From the NCBI GenBank assembly GCA_963667015.2, contig CAXXJJ010000001.1:2752001-2816000 (forward strand): 64,000 nucleotides of DNA. Reading direction: 5' to 3'. This DNA is from Desulfatiglandales bacterium. Lineage in GTDB: Bacteria > Desulfobacterota > DSM-4660 > Desulfatiglandales > HGW-15. Shown one piece after another: positions 27,859 to 38,244 of this stretch (position 1 is the first letter of the stretch; each line of letters begins with the position of its first letter). The position numbers and the translations under genes were made by a program. The notes under the pieces were generated by a model. It saw only the letters and a program-made list of their open reading frames with translations. It was not told the origin of the DNA and did not search any database.

Positions 27859-29868
27859 ATGAAATTGAATAAGAATGTTTTTTTGAGTATTGTATTTCTA
27901 TCTTTATTGTTTTGTCTTTCCGGCGCTTCGGCTACTCCCAAAAAAGCATTTAATAAATCAGATATTAAAGATATCGAAAAAATCAGAACTCAGATTTTAT
28001 ATAAATTACCGGGCCTGAAAGAGAAGATTAAACAGGATAAAGTCAGGCAGCAATCAGAAAGCACCATTTATGAAAATAAAAAGAAATTGAGACTTGATGC
28101 AGCCAGTCTTAAAAAACAATTTAAAAGGGATACGAAAAATATAAAGTTAATTATCAATACATCCAAAGATATTAATGGGTTGTCGGATAAGTTGAAAACT
28201 TTTGGAGTTAGGACAATTAAATCTTGGGATAATATGGCCGCTGTTGAGGTCCCTGCAGAAAATCTTGAAAAAATGTTTAATGAAATTGAATCCATCAAAA
28301 CTGCAAGACTACCGCGCAGGGTTTTTCCTCAGGACGTTCAAAGTGAAGGAGTTGCTGTCACAGATTCAAATGATTTTCACAATATTGACTATTTTGGTGA
28401 AGGTGTAAAGGTTGCTGTCATAGATGTCGGTTTTAAGGGGTTGACGGAGGCCCAGCTGAATGGCGATCTTCCCGGAAGTGTAGAAACATGGGATTTTACT
28501 GGGAACGGACTTGAAACAGAATATTATCATGGTACTGCCTGTGCCGAGATAATATATGATATGGCCCCTCAGGCCGAGTTCCATCTTTTAAAGGTTTTGT
28601 ACTCGACGGATATCCTTCAGGCACTTGAATACTGCATTGATAATTCCATTGATATTATATCCTTCTCGATCGGAACAAGCGGAACCGGCCCCGGAGACGG
28701 AACCGGGCCCTTTGATGAGGCCTTTGATGAAGTCAGGGAACACGGCATTCTGACCGTGGCATCGGCCGGGAATGGAGGAAATTTTACTTCTCTTGATGGT
28801 GTTACCATAGGGGCACACTGGAAAGGTGTATTCAGGGATAGTAATAACGATAATTGCCATGAATTTCTTGATGGAAATACCGAGGTAGATATTAATATTT
28901 TTGGGGCATATGCCACAACAAATGATGACGGTGACCCGGAGGATGGTGAGGTCAGTGTTTTATTAAGATGGAACGACTGGATTAAAGCGGACATAGACTA
29001 TGATATGATCCTGTTTGAATATGACCCCGAGACAGGAGATGTTGAGGAAATCGCTTCATCAACATATGTACAGGATGGTTCACCCTACGAACCTGTTGAA
29101 TATATATCTCTGGATATCTCTGACAACGAGCCCGATCCCCCCTGGCATTATTATGCAGTCGCTATCGTAAAGGAAGCCGGATCAGATAATGTAGAGATGG
29201 AACTGTCCCTTGGCATGACAAGTGTATTTCTGCCCTTTGATGCTAATTCAGATCCAATCGCTACGTCATCAAGCTCTCTTAATGAACCCGCCGATGCGGA
29301 AAGTGTACTGGCTGTGGGTGCAATAGATTATGAGCGCTGGACCACAGGACCACAGGAAGGTTTCAGTTCCCAGGGGCCAACCAACGCGTGGGCAGGCAGT
29401 ATCGCCAGGAGAAAGCCTGATGTCATGGGGCCTGATGGTATCAGTACCTATACCTATGGCAGTTCGTCATCCGGTGACGGGTTTTATGGGACTTCTGCTG
29501 CTACACCTCATGTTGCCGGATTAGCCGCGCTGATACTTTCAAAGTATCCCGGAATGACCCCGGATGAACTGCAGGACGCCATTGAGTCAAATGCCATAGA
29601 TATGGGCACATACGGAAAAGATAATATCTACGGTTGGGGTAGAATCCAGGCAATCACCGATCTGTCTGATGACACAGATGACGATGATGACGATGGCAGC
29701 AGTGGAGGAGGTGGCGGTGGAGGATGTTTTGTTAATACAGCGGGTCTTGATTCTTTTGCAGGATCTTATATCGTTTTATTTCTTGTTGCCGTAATGTCGG
29801 TCTTTATTGTTATAAAAGCTTATGCCAGATTGAAAAAATCTGAATTTTACGCCAGAAATAGAGAATAA
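27859..29868 (+). CDS. Secreted S8 (subtilisin-like) peptidase with CFI-box-like C-terminal sorting signal
   Basis: VAVIDVG, HGTAC, SAGNGG, GTSAATPHVAG catalytic motifs; poly-Asp/Gly linker, GCFVNTA, TM helix, basic tail. Confidence 0.92.
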   Translation: MKLNKNVFLSIVFLSLLFCLSGASATPKKAFNKSDIKDIEKIRTQILYKLPGLKEKIKQDKVRQQSESTIYENKKKLRLDAASLKKQFKRDTKNIKLIINTSKDINGLSDKLKTFGVRTIKSWDNMAAVEVPAENLEKMFNEIESIKTARLPRRVFPQDVQSEGVAVTDSNDFHNIDYFGEGVKVAVIDVGFKGLTEAQLNGDLPGSVETWDFTGNGLETEYYHGTACAEIIYDMAPQAEFHLLKVLYSTDILQALEYCIDNSIDIISFSIGTSGTGPGDGTGPFDEAFDEVREHGILTVASAGNGGNFTSLDGVTIGAHWKGVFRDSNNDNCHEFLDGNTEVDINIFGAYATTNDDGDPEDGEVSVLLRWNDWIKADIDYDMILFEYDPETGDVEEIASSTYVQDGSPYEPVEYISLDISDNEPDPPWHYYAVAIVKEAGSDNVEMELSLGMTSVFLPFDANSDPIATSSSSLNEPADAESVLAVGAIDYERWTTGPQEGFSSQGPTNAWAGSIARRKPDVMGPDGISTYTYGSSSSGDGFYGTSAATPHVAGLAALILSKYPGMTPDELQDAIESNAIDMGTYGKDNIYGWGRIQAITDLSDDTDDDDDDGSSGGGGGGGCFVNTAGLDSFAGSYIVLFLVAVMSVFIVIKAYARLKKSEFYARNRE

Positions 29869-30102
29869 ATCCAAATCAGTTAAAAACTGAAGATATTTCA
29901 GCTTTTGCTTTATTATTCAGATGTCAGTGCGAGATCGTTAGGGCGGGCGGGGAATAAAATAGTATAATTCATATGGCGTGAACCCGCCTGATAACCTGAC
30001 GCCTTTTATTGAGTAATAATTTCGGATTTCCAGCTTTATTACTACATATAATGTGATCCTGTGTAATAATACATCATTTAATACATCATGGAAGATCATA
30101 TC

Positions 30103-30141
30103 TTGACAAAGACCCCAACCAACAATATTATGTGCCGCCAG
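30103..30141 (+). promoter_or_regulatory. sigma70 promoter of the MFS operon
   Basis: TTGACA-N17-TATTAT followed by GTGCCGCCAG. Confidence 0.65.
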
Positions 30142-30248
30142 TAGCTCTTTAAAAATCATTAAAAAATTTTTCAGCCCCCCTTAAAGGGACTTCTTATCAA
30201 CCATTTTCGGCAGTTATTCAGCTTGAATAACATACTTAAGGAGGTCCA

Positions 30249-31502
30249 ATGAATCAGCAATCTACTGCAATACCGAAAACGCCGGCATATGCCTGGGCAA
30301 TAGTGTTCGCTCTATACATGGTCACGTTGTCATCGACTCTTAATCTGTTCAAGGTGCCACCCCTGATGGTTACACTAAATAATGAATTTAAGGTGACCTT
30401 TGTCGAAACAGGCGATCTGATGGGCATCTTTTCGATCATGGGATTTGTTCTTGCTCTTCCTGCCGGTTTTATTCTTAGAAAAATCGGAATCAAGGCTACT
30501 GCATTGATTTCTGTTGCCGCTGTAGCAATAGGGCCTGCAATTGGTGCTTTGGCAACAACATTTTTAATGCTCAAGGTAGGACGATTCATCGAAGGAGTAG
30601 GGATGGGGCTGATTATGGTAACCGCACCACTGGCAATCAGCATGTGGTTTCCTTTACAGAAAACATCTCTGCCCACAGGAATATGGGCAACCAGTGTTGC
30701 AATAGGTAATATAGTTATGCTGTTTATTGCACCATTAATTGATGCAGCCTACGGCTGGAAATATGTGTGGTGGTTATGCGCTGGTTTCTCAGCTCTCTCT
30801 TTCATAATATTTGCAATTATGTTCCGTATGCCGAGGGCAGATGAAATGGAACCTGCTCCAGCTCCGCCTCCAGGTGAGGATGCCTCCCCCAGCCTGTTTA
30901 AAGGAATGGCTAACCGCAGTTTCTGGATGATCGGTGTCGCATTCGGCTGTTATAACCTTGTTGTTATGGCTGTAACTAATGTTTACCCGTCATACCTCAT
31001 GGAATTTAAGGGTTTTCTACCGACATACGATAATGGTCTTCTATTGTATGCCTCGTTTGTAACCGCTTTTGTATTTGGTGCTTCAATCTTTTCATCACCG
31101 ATCGGAGGCTGGATATCTGACACTATTGGTAAACGTAAGATTATGATTATTATTCCCTTTGCCCTTGTGACCTTAACCTTCCTTTTCCCATTTAATGTTG
31201 ATGGAGGTATGATTCCTCTGTATACGCTCATATTTGGTATTCTGCATGGTCCTCTCGCAGCGGTACTTCTTGCTTCAGTTCCTGAAGTAGCAAAGAAACC
31301 CCAGTTTATCGGAATAGGTATGGCTATTGCTATTTTCCTTCAGAATATTGGAATGTTTCTTGCCGGCATACTGTTTCCGCGAATTCAGGCGGCTTATGCA
31401 GCAACAGCAGGCATACAGGAAAGCTGGGCAATTGCCGGGTACTGGATGATTCCTTTTGGTGTGCTTGGAATTATTGCTACCCTGTTTGTTAAGGTCCGAT
31501 AA
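30249..31502 (+). CDS. MFS transporter
   Basis: Multi-TM pattern; GRFIEGVG; GWISDTIGKRK. Confidence 0.9.
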   Translation: MNQQSTAIPKTPAYAWAIVFALYMVTLSSTLNLFKVPPLMVTLNNEFKVTFVETGDLMGIFSIMGFVLALPAGFILRKIGIKATALISVAAVAIGPAIGALATTFLMLKVGRFIEGVGMGLIMVTAPLAISMWFPLQKTSLPTGIWATSVAIGNIVMLFIAPLIDAAYGWKYVWWLCAGFSALSFIIFAIMFRMPRADEMEPAPAPPPGEDASPSLFKGMANRSFWMIGVAFGCYNLVVMAVTNVYPSYLMEFKGFLPTYDNGLLLYASFVTAFVFGASIFSSPIGGWISDTIGKRKIMIIIPFALVTLTFLFPFNVDGGMIPLYTLIFGILHGPLAAVLLASVPEVAKKPQFIGIGMAIAIFLQNIGMFLAGILFPRIQAAYAATAGIQESWAIAGYWMIPFGVLGIIATLFVKVR

Positions 31503-31562
31503 TATTAAAGGCTCTCCCCATCATTAATTAAATTATTGATGGGGAGGTTTTAGGAGGTTTTC

Positions 31563-32321
31563 ATGCGTTCAGGTTTTAAAGGCTCTGCACTTGTGCTTGT
31601 GTTGGCGTTATTTTTTTCATGCTCTGCAGTTAACAGCAACTTCTCCAATCCTAAAAATATTGAAAAGGCAGTTACGCAACTGACCGAATCGGGAATTCCG
31701 CTCCAGGCTGACCCTCAGGGCAATGTTCGCTGGATAGAAGCCAAGAACGGTGAATTCAAGGATACTTCCATGCGTTATCTTCCAGGACTGCCGGGACTTG
31801 AATGGCTGGAGATAAGTAATAGCACTCTTTCTGACAATGGTTTGAAATATCTGAAAAATTGTACAGGCATTAAAAGGTTATATATACATGACATGGATCT
31901 TACGGGAGAAGAATTGAAATGGATATCGAATCTTAATCAGCTTGAGGCACTGGCACTGCAAAACACTCAGATCGATGGTGCATTTTTAAAACACCTGAGT
32001 GCTGTAAATACGCTCAGGGTCTTGAACCTGAGCGGCAATAATATATCTGATGAAGACATGGCCCAGATAGCCCGTTTTAAGAATCTTGAAGTTCTCTCTC
32101 TTGCAAACACTAAAATAAGCGGAACGGGAATAAAGAGTCTTGAAGGAATGGCGAGGCTCAATGAGTTTAATATCGAAAATTGCGGTGTATTTGATAATGA
32201 TTTAACATCATTTCTGACTATGCCCAACCTTCGAATTGTGTATGCAACAGGTTGCGAATTAAGTGGTTATGCAATTGGAAATATCATCGCAAGGTTTCCG
32301 TCACTGGCAATTTTTCTTTAG
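31563..32321 (+). CDS. Leucine-rich-repeat lipoprotein
   Basis: FFSC lipobox; repeated LxxLxLxxTxI units. Confidence 0.85.
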   Translation: MRSGFKGSALVLVLALFFSCSAVNSNFSNPKNIEKAVTQLTESGIPLQADPQGNVRWIEAKNGEFKDTSMRYLPGLPGLEWLEISNSTLSDNGLKYLKNCTGIKRLYIHDMDLTGEELKWISNLNQLEALALQNTQIDGAFLKHLSAVNTLRVLNLSGNNISDEDMAQIARFKNLEVLSLANTKISGTGIKSLEGMARLNEFNIENCGVFDNDLTSFLTMPNLRIVYATGCELSGYAIGNIIARFPSLAIFL

Positions 32322-32359
32322 AATATTATAGAGTTATCTTAGCTTATAAAGGAACCTCA

Positions 32360-32956
32360 ATGTATCAATTTAAACAAAATATAAGACGATTGGTTTTAAT
32401 AGCGACTCTGCTTATCCTTGTTTCGGCTCCACTGGTTGCTGATGAAAACGCAGATGAACCCATATTTATTCAGACACCCGATGTTGTATATGTCGGAACA
32501 CCATATGATATTGTGTCTCAAATGCTTCACATGGCTGATGTAAAGAAAGATGACATTGTAGTTGATTTGGGATGCGGAGATGCAAGGATGCTGGTTCTGG
32601 CAGCGCAAAAGTATGGGAGCAGGGGAATAGGCTATGAAATTGACCCTGTGATGGTCCGGGAGTCCAGAAAAAATGCTGAAAAAAATAAGGTCTCAGACCT
32701 GGTGGAGATAGTTCAGGCAGATATTTTTAAAGTTGATATCAGTGATGCGGATGTGCTTCCTGTCTACCTCCTGCCTGAAATGAACCTGAGGCTTGTGCCA
32801 CAGTTTGAAACTCTTAAACCCGGTTCAAGACTGGTATTTCATAACTATGACCTTGCAGGGTATGTATATGATAAAAAGATAGAAATAATATCAAATGAGG
32901 ATAATTCCAGGCATACATTGTGGCTGTACACTACGCCATTAAAGAAGATTTTTTAG
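32360..32956 (+). CDS. Class I SAM-dependent methyltransferase with apparent signal peptide
   Basis: PDVVYVGTP, VDLGCGDAR, GYEID, LKPGSRLV; hydrophobic N-terminus ending LVA-DE. Confidence 0.88.
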   Translation: MYQFKQNIRRLVLIATLLILVSAPLVADENADEPIFIQTPDVVYVGTPYDIVSQMLHMADVKKDDIVVDLGCGDARMLVLAAQKYGSRGIGYEIDPVMVRESRKNAEKNKVSDLVEIVQADIFKVDISDADVLPVYLLPEMNLRLVPQFETLKPGSRLVFHNYDLAGYVYDKKIEIISNEDNSRHTLWLYTTPLKKIF

Positions 32957-35226
32957 AATGATGCTTCTATAGTCAATACTTCCCTGATTTTTGCGGCGAG
33001 TTCTTTTTTTGTAAAGGGTTTCTGTAATAAAAATACATCCTTGTCCAGGACTCCTCTATGGACAATAATATCCGATGCATAACCGGACATGAAAAGAACT
33101 TTTAAGCCAGGGAAAAGAACCCTTAATTTTTCTGAAAGGTCACGTCCGTTTAACTCCGGCATGATAACGTCAGTTATTAGAAAAGCAATCGATTCAGTAC
33201 TGTTCTCGGCAAGGTCAATCGCCTCTTTGGGTGAATTGGCAGCCAATACTCTGTAGCCCATTTTATTGAGCATTCTTTTTGTAACCGCCAGTATGCTTGT
33301 ATCATCTTCAACCAGTAAAATCGTCTCATTATTATTTGAACCTGCTGTCTCAATGTTTTGTGGAAGGGTTTCAACAGATCGGTCACTCACCTTGGGAAAA
33401 TAAATCCTGAATGTCGTACCATATCCCGGCTCACTGTAGACATTGATGAAACCATTATTTTGTTTCACAATACCATAGACCGTTGACAGCCCTAATCCTG
33501 TTCCTTTCCCAATGGCTTTTGTGCTGAAAAAGGGTTCAAAAATATGGTTTAGAGTCGCTGAATCCATTCCTTTGCCATCGTCAGTTACTGTCAATTGCAC
33601 ATAGTGACCGGGTGTATACCCTTTATGCATGGAGCAGTACTCATCATCAAATTCGGCATTTGCAGTTTCAATAATAATCTTGCCAATACCACTTATTGCG
33701 TCTCTGGCATTAACACATAGATTGGCAAGGATTTGATCGATCTGTGACGGATCAATATAGATAGGACATATATCTTCATTGGGGTTCCAGATAAGATCAA
33801 TATCCTCTCCGATCAGCGGAATAAGCATTCTGAGCATATTTTCAACAGTATCGTTGAGGTCGAGAGTTTTAGGATCAATAGATTGTTGACGGGCAAAGGC
33901 CAGAAGTTGGCGTGTAAGATCCTTTGATCTGGTCGCAGCTTCAAGGACCTGCTGCAGGTCAGCATACAAAGGATCATTTTTAGGGAGGCCCTCAAGGGCT
34001 AACTCTGTATAACCCATAATAATGCTGATCATGTTGTTGAAATCATGCGCGACTCCACCTGCCAGTCTGCCGACAGCCTCCATCTTTTGAGACTGACGTA
34101 ACTGATTTTCAATCTCTTCCCGGTTTTCCTCTGCGAGACTGAGTCGTGTGCTCATCCTGTTGAATTCATCGACCAGTGTTGCCAGGGCATTTGTTTCGGT
34201 TACCTCTATCCTGTGGGAAAAGTTTCCATCGGATATATGTTGAAAGGCCTGCTGCAGGCGGCGGGCAGCAGCATCTTCCATTTCGGTTTTTGGTAACCCT
34301 GAAAAAAGTATCCAGTTGACGCCTGGCACACGGGAATGACAGAAAACCCATTCTGTATCGTCTTTATCTGTGATAAATTGAACACCGCTTTCCGTTTTAC
34401 TAACGGTTTTCAGGTTTAAGTTTTTCCATTCTCCTCCCAATTCGGTGATAGGATGTAAAAAAATACTGCCGCGCCTGTCATCTATTTTTGCCTGCAGTTC
34501 GTCATGCAGGATCAGCATACCCTGCTGATCCACAATAAATTTGGATTGATTGGGAAATGGTGTATGGGTAGAAAAATTCCTGTATAAATATCTGATCGGA
34601 AGATCAATACTCCACAGGCCAAGGAAGGTTTCTCCCTTCCATAAAGGGATAGATACGGAAAGGATTATACCCTCACCTGCATAATCTACTGTTGGTGGTG
34701 TCCAGCGAATTTGTCTTTCGGGATTGTTTTCAGGATCTACAGAAATAAAAGTGTGATATGAAGTCCAGTCAAAATCAAAGGGAATAGTGCTTCCCTGATC
34801 GATATAGGGATACTGCAGAGAAGCGTTGGCTGCATCCTGATAATATATCCAGCCTATATCCCCCAGGCGTTCATGGATATGTTTAAGATGACTGCCGATA
34901 TTTCTATGACAATACATATTTCTGCGTATGACCGGATTTAACTTAAGATCCTTGCTCCAGGAGATACTGACTGCGTCAGAAGGGGCTTTGCCACTCCTGA
35001 ATGCTGATACAAGGGGTATACTCTGAAAAAAGCCATCTTCATCTATTTCAAAATTTTCATGTTGCAGCCATGCATCAATTTTTTTATCAGTAATATCATC
35101 CTGGTCGGTGAGAAGCAGGCTTATTCGCTGAAGTTCTTCCAAGGCATTGTACAATCTTTCAATCTGCTGGGAAAGTGCCGCACTATATGTTTCCAACTGC
35201 CATTTCAAGCCGTCAATTTCATTCAT
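32953..35226 (-). CDS. Hybrid histidine kinase (Cache-like + HAMP + HisKA/HATPase + REC)
   Basis: WTPPTVD..GEG, AGGVAHDFNN, FEPFFSTK..GKGTGLGL, LLVEDD..TDVIMP. Confidence 0.92.
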   Translation of the reverse strand: MNEIDGLKWQLETYSAALSQQIERLYNALEELQRISLLLTDQDDITDKKIDAWLQHENFEIDEDGFFQSIPLVSAFRSGKAPSDAVSISWSKDLKLNPVIRRNMYCHRNIGSHLKHIHERLGDIGWIYYQDAANASLQYPYIDQGSTIPFDFDWTSYHTFISVDPENNPERQIRWTPPTVDYAGEGIILSVSIPLWKGETFLGLWSIDLPIRYLYRNFSTHTPFPNQSKFIVDQQGMLILHDELQAKIDDRRGSIFLHPITELGGEWKNLNLKTVSKTESGVQFITDKDDTEWVFCHSRVPGVNWILFSGLPKTEMEDAAARRLQQAFQHISDGNFSHRIEVTETNALATLVDEFNRMSTRLSLAEENREEIENQLRQSQKMEAVGRLAGGVAHDFNNMISIIMGYTELALEGLPKNDPLYADLQQVLEAATRSKDLTRQLLAFARQQSIDPKTLDLNDTVENMLRMLIPLIGEDIDLIWNPNEDICPIYIDPSQIDQILANLCVNARDAISGIGKIIIETANAEFDDEYCSMHKGYTPGHYVQLTVTDDGKGMDSATLNHIFEPFFSTKAIGKGTGLGLSTVYGIVKQNNGFINVYSEPGYGTTFRIYFPKVSDRSVETLPQNIETAGSNNNETILLVEDDTSILAVTKRMLNKMGYRVLAANSPKEAIDLAENSTESIAFLITDVIMPELNGRDLSEKLRVLFPGLKVLFMSGYASDIIVHRGVLDKDVFLLQKPFTKKELAAKIREVLTIEASF

Positions 35227-35536
35227 CTATTGTTGCCTTTGGATAAGTTTATTATTTTGTTAAAATAATACAGCAGCTAGAGTGTTAAGTAGAAGGTTAA
35301 TATGAAATCTTCAGGTTTTGAGGTTTAAATTGAGGTATTTTTAATAATATAATAATATTGATCTGTAGCCACCGATAACCTGAAACCGGGCAACTGAATT
35401 AAACAATTATTTCTATTTTAACAATATTTTGGATATGAAGCAATTATCTTTATTCTGACATGTTTTAATGAAAAAAAGGCAGTCAACTGTTATTTGACAG
35501 GGATTAAAAACAGATAATTTTAACCTATATTATGAG

Positions 35537-36199
35537 GTGAAAAACATGCCCCTGCGTTTGTTAATAACAATGTGTTTAATAGTGTTGCTGGCAATTGTAC
35601 CTGCTTATTCAGATAATCTTACTGCAGTTCAGAAGCTGGACGATAAGGTGAAAAAATTTCTTTTTGAACATGAATACGGATGGCGCGATATGAACGTGCC
35701 TGAAGTGGACGGGAAAAAATTGTATGATCTCGTCATCAAAGGGAACTATAAAACCGCACTTGAAATAGGGACTTCCACCGGACATTCCGCAATCTGGATA
35801 GCCTGGGCCTTGAGTAAAACAGGGGGTAAGCTTATAACCATTGAGATTGATGAACAGAGGTATAGTGAAGCCCTGGCAAACTTTAAAAAGGCCGGGGTAT
35901 CGGAATTTATTGATGCCAGACTGGCAGATGCCCACGAACTGGTAAAAGAATTGAAAGGTCCCTTTGATTTTGTGTTCTGTGATGCGGATAAGGGATGGTA
36001 CAAAAACTATTTCATAGATCTCGACCGGAAGATGAAAACAGGAGGCTGTTATACTGCACATAATGTTTCTGATTCTGTGTGGGGAAGGGGTGGAATGGGG
36101 ACAGGCGAGTTCAGAAATTATATTAAATCACTTGAAAGGTACAATACAGAATTTTTTACCGAAGGTTCAGGCCTGTCGATCAGTTATAAGATACGTTAG
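35537..36199 (+). CDS. O-methyltransferase (CCoAOMT-like) with apparent signal peptide
   Basis: LEIGTSTGHS, TIEID, FDFVFCDADK; N-terminal h-region ending AYS-DN. Confidence 0.88.
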   Translation: MKNMPLRLLITMCLIVLLAIVPAYSDNLTAVQKLDDKVKKFLFEHEYGWRDMNVPEVDGKKLYDLVIKGNYKTALEIGTSTGHSAIWIAWALSKTGGKLITIEIDEQRYSEALANFKKAGVSEFIDARLADAHELVKELKGPFDFVFCDADKGWYKNYFIDLDRKMKTGGCYTAHNVSDSVWGRGGMGTGEFRNYIKSLERYNTEFFTEGSGLSISYKIR

Positions 36200-36203
36200 A
36201 AAT

Positions 36204-36230
36204 TTCCGGCCGGATAAAAACCGGCCGGAA
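36204..36230. terminator. Hairpin between convergent genes
   Basis: TTCCGGCCGG-ATAAAAA-CCGGCCGGAA. Confidence 0.7.
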
Positions 36231-36240
36231 CTGTAACATA

Positions 36241-36681
36241 CTACTCATTAACCCTTACAACCATTACGGGAACAGTTGAAAGTTTGACAATTCGGTGTGC
36301 AACACTGCCAAGCAGTACTCTTTCAAGACCTGCCCTGCTGTGCCCCATAATAATCAGATCTTCTCCATTCTTTTCTGCATACTCGACTATTTCATCTGCA
36401 GGATTTCCTGAAAAAATTTCAGTTTTGACATTAAATCCTTTAAATACTTCTTCAGAAAATGCTTTCATCTTGGTTTCTGCTGCAGAGACAAGCTCTGTTT
36501 CAAAGCTTGCAAGTCCCGCTGAAGGTACCTCCAGAGAGCTGTAATAGGGGCCGACGCTGACTACATATATGACTGTAATTTCTGACCCGAATTTTTCTGC
36601 CATCAGTTTCACATGTTCTGCAATTGTTTTTGAATCCTCGCTTAGATCCGTAGGAAAAAGAATCTTTTTATATCCTTCCAT
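36241..36681 (-). CDS. Universal stress protein
   Basis: KKILFPTDLS, DLIIMG, LLGSVAHRIV. Confidence 0.93.
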   Translation of the reverse strand: MEGYKKILFPTDLSEDSKTIAEHVKLMAEKFGSEITVIYVVSVGPYYSSLEVPSAGLASFETELVSAAETKMKAFSEEVFKGFNVKTEIFSGNPADEIVEYAEKNGEDLIIMGHSRAGLERVLLGSVAHRIVKLSTVPVMVVRVNE

Positions 36682-36894
36682 TTTTATCCTCCTTTCTCAT
36701 CTGTTGTGCGTTTAATAAATTTTCAAATATCCGAGAAGGCCTTTATTAATAAAATAATAACAGAAATTGCATTTTCCAGCAATCAGGGCTTGAAATAGCA
36801 AATAAATGCAAATATATTCAATCCATTCGACCGATACTAATTATTTATATCTCAATCTTTTCTTATTATGTAACTTTAGCGGGAAAATTTGATA

Positions 36895-37527
36895 ATGGAA
36901 AAAAATGAAAAGTTGGCAATAGCGCTTGGAAGTGAATTGAATATGCAGATTGATGGCATGGAAGAAAAGTTCAAGTCAATCCTAATTGGTATTGAAGCTC
37001 CGACCTATATAATGGTTAGAATGCGGATCCCAAGCAGGTTTCGAAATCAGATAGATAATGGCACAATTTTTCTTGTCCAGTATGTTTATATGGGACATTT
37101 ATACGGCTTCAGGACAAAATCGCTTGGTTCGGTTGAAAAACCCTACAAAGTAACCTTTCTTTCATACCCTGAGAAAGTTGAAAGTTTAAATATCAGAAAG
37201 GCCCCGCGGGTAAGCTGCTTTATTCCTGCCACCCTTGAAACAGACAAAGAACAGCTCAGAGGGCTGGTTATGGAAATAAGTAAAAGCGGAATCCGTTTTA
37301 CCATAAAAACCGATAAAGGGGATACTAATGATATGAAGATAAATGATTCCCTTGAAATATCTTTTCCTCTACTCGGGTTTGAAGGTATACATAAATTAAA
37401 GGGAATTATCAAAAGCATAAACTGTGATGCTACAGGAACATCATTTGGCATCCAATTCAAAGATATAACGTCTTCACTTGAAGAGATGATTGACAGCTAT
37501 GTAAGGGATGTTCTGGATATTCTTTAA
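36895..37527 (+). CDS. PilZ-domain (flagellar brake-like) protein
   Basis: RKAPR and EISKSG c-di-GMP motifs. Confidence 0.85.
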   Translation: MEKNEKLAIALGSELNMQIDGMEEKFKSILIGIEAPTYIMVRMRIPSRFRNQIDNGTIFLVQYVYMGHLYGFRTKSLGSVEKPYKVTFLSYPEKVESLNIRKAPRVSCFIPATLETDKEQLRGLVMEISKSGIRFTIKTDKGDTNDMKINDSLEISFPLLGFEGIHKLKGIIKSINCDATGTSFGIQFKDITSSLEEMIDSYVRDVLDIL

Positions 37528-37542
37528 TTAAGGAGGGACAGT

Positions 37543-38118
37543 ATGAAGGTATTGGGTATTAACGGAAGTGCACGAAAAGACGGAAACACTGCCATAATGA
37601 TAAAGAGTGTTTTTAATGAACTTGAAAAAGAGGGCATAGAAACAGAACTTCTGCAATTTTCAGGAAAAACAATACATGGCTGCAAGGCCTGTATGAAATG
37701 TTTTGAGAATAAAGATAAAAGATGCGCTTTTGATAATGACGATTTTAACGAATGTCTTGAGAAGATGATAGAAGCAGATGGTATTATCCTGGGGTCACCC
37801 ACATATTTTACCGATGTAACCGCAGAGATGAAGGGCCTGATCGACAGGGCTGGCTTTGTATCCTTTGCAAACGGTAGATTTTTCAGAAGAAAAACCGGGG
37901 CTGCTGTTGTTGCAGTGAGAAGGGCAGGAAGCATTCATGTCTTTGATACGCTGAATCATTTCTTTTTCATCACCGAGATGATGGTGCCAGGTTCCAGTTA
38001 CTGGAATATGGGATTTGGGATGAACAAGGGTGAGGTGGAAAAGGATGAAGAGGGTTTAAGGACAATGAGAGTTCTCGGCGAAAATATGGCGTGGATGATG
38101 AAACGTCTTTATGAATAA
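37543..38118 (+). CDS. Iron-sulfur flavoprotein / flavodoxin family
   Basis: GSARKDGNT, CKACMKC......C, GSPTYF. Confidence 0.92.
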   Translation: MKVLGINGSARKDGNTAIMIKSVFNELEKEGIETELLQFSGKTIHGCKACMKCFENKDKRCAFDNDDFNECLEKMIEADGIILGSPTYFTDVTAEMKGLIDRAGFVSFANGRFFRRKTGAAVVAVRRAGSIHVFDTLNHFFFITEMMVPGSSYWNMGFGMNKGEVEKDEEGLRTMRVLGENMAWMMKRLYE

Positions 38119-38170
38119 AAGAGATTTAATGTAGTGAGTCGACTTTGATTGTCACTGCAGATTGCTAAAT

Positions 38171-38240
38171 GGTCTACGGTTTACGGTTTAAGGTGTACGG
38201 AAAAATAAATCCGTAAACCGCACACCGCATACCGTAAACC
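38171..38240. repeat. Heptamer (GGTTTAC-type) inverted repeat
   Basis: GGTCTAC GGTTTAC GGTTTAA GGTGTAC / GTAAACC GCACACC GCATACC GTAAACC. Confidence 0.8.
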
Positions 38241-38244
38241 GGTT

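Noticed and set aside
29937..29995. GC-rich inverted repeat as a riboswitch
   Set aside because: No recognisable aptamer consensus, and it lies upstream of the predicted promoter; more likely a terminator or repeat remnant.
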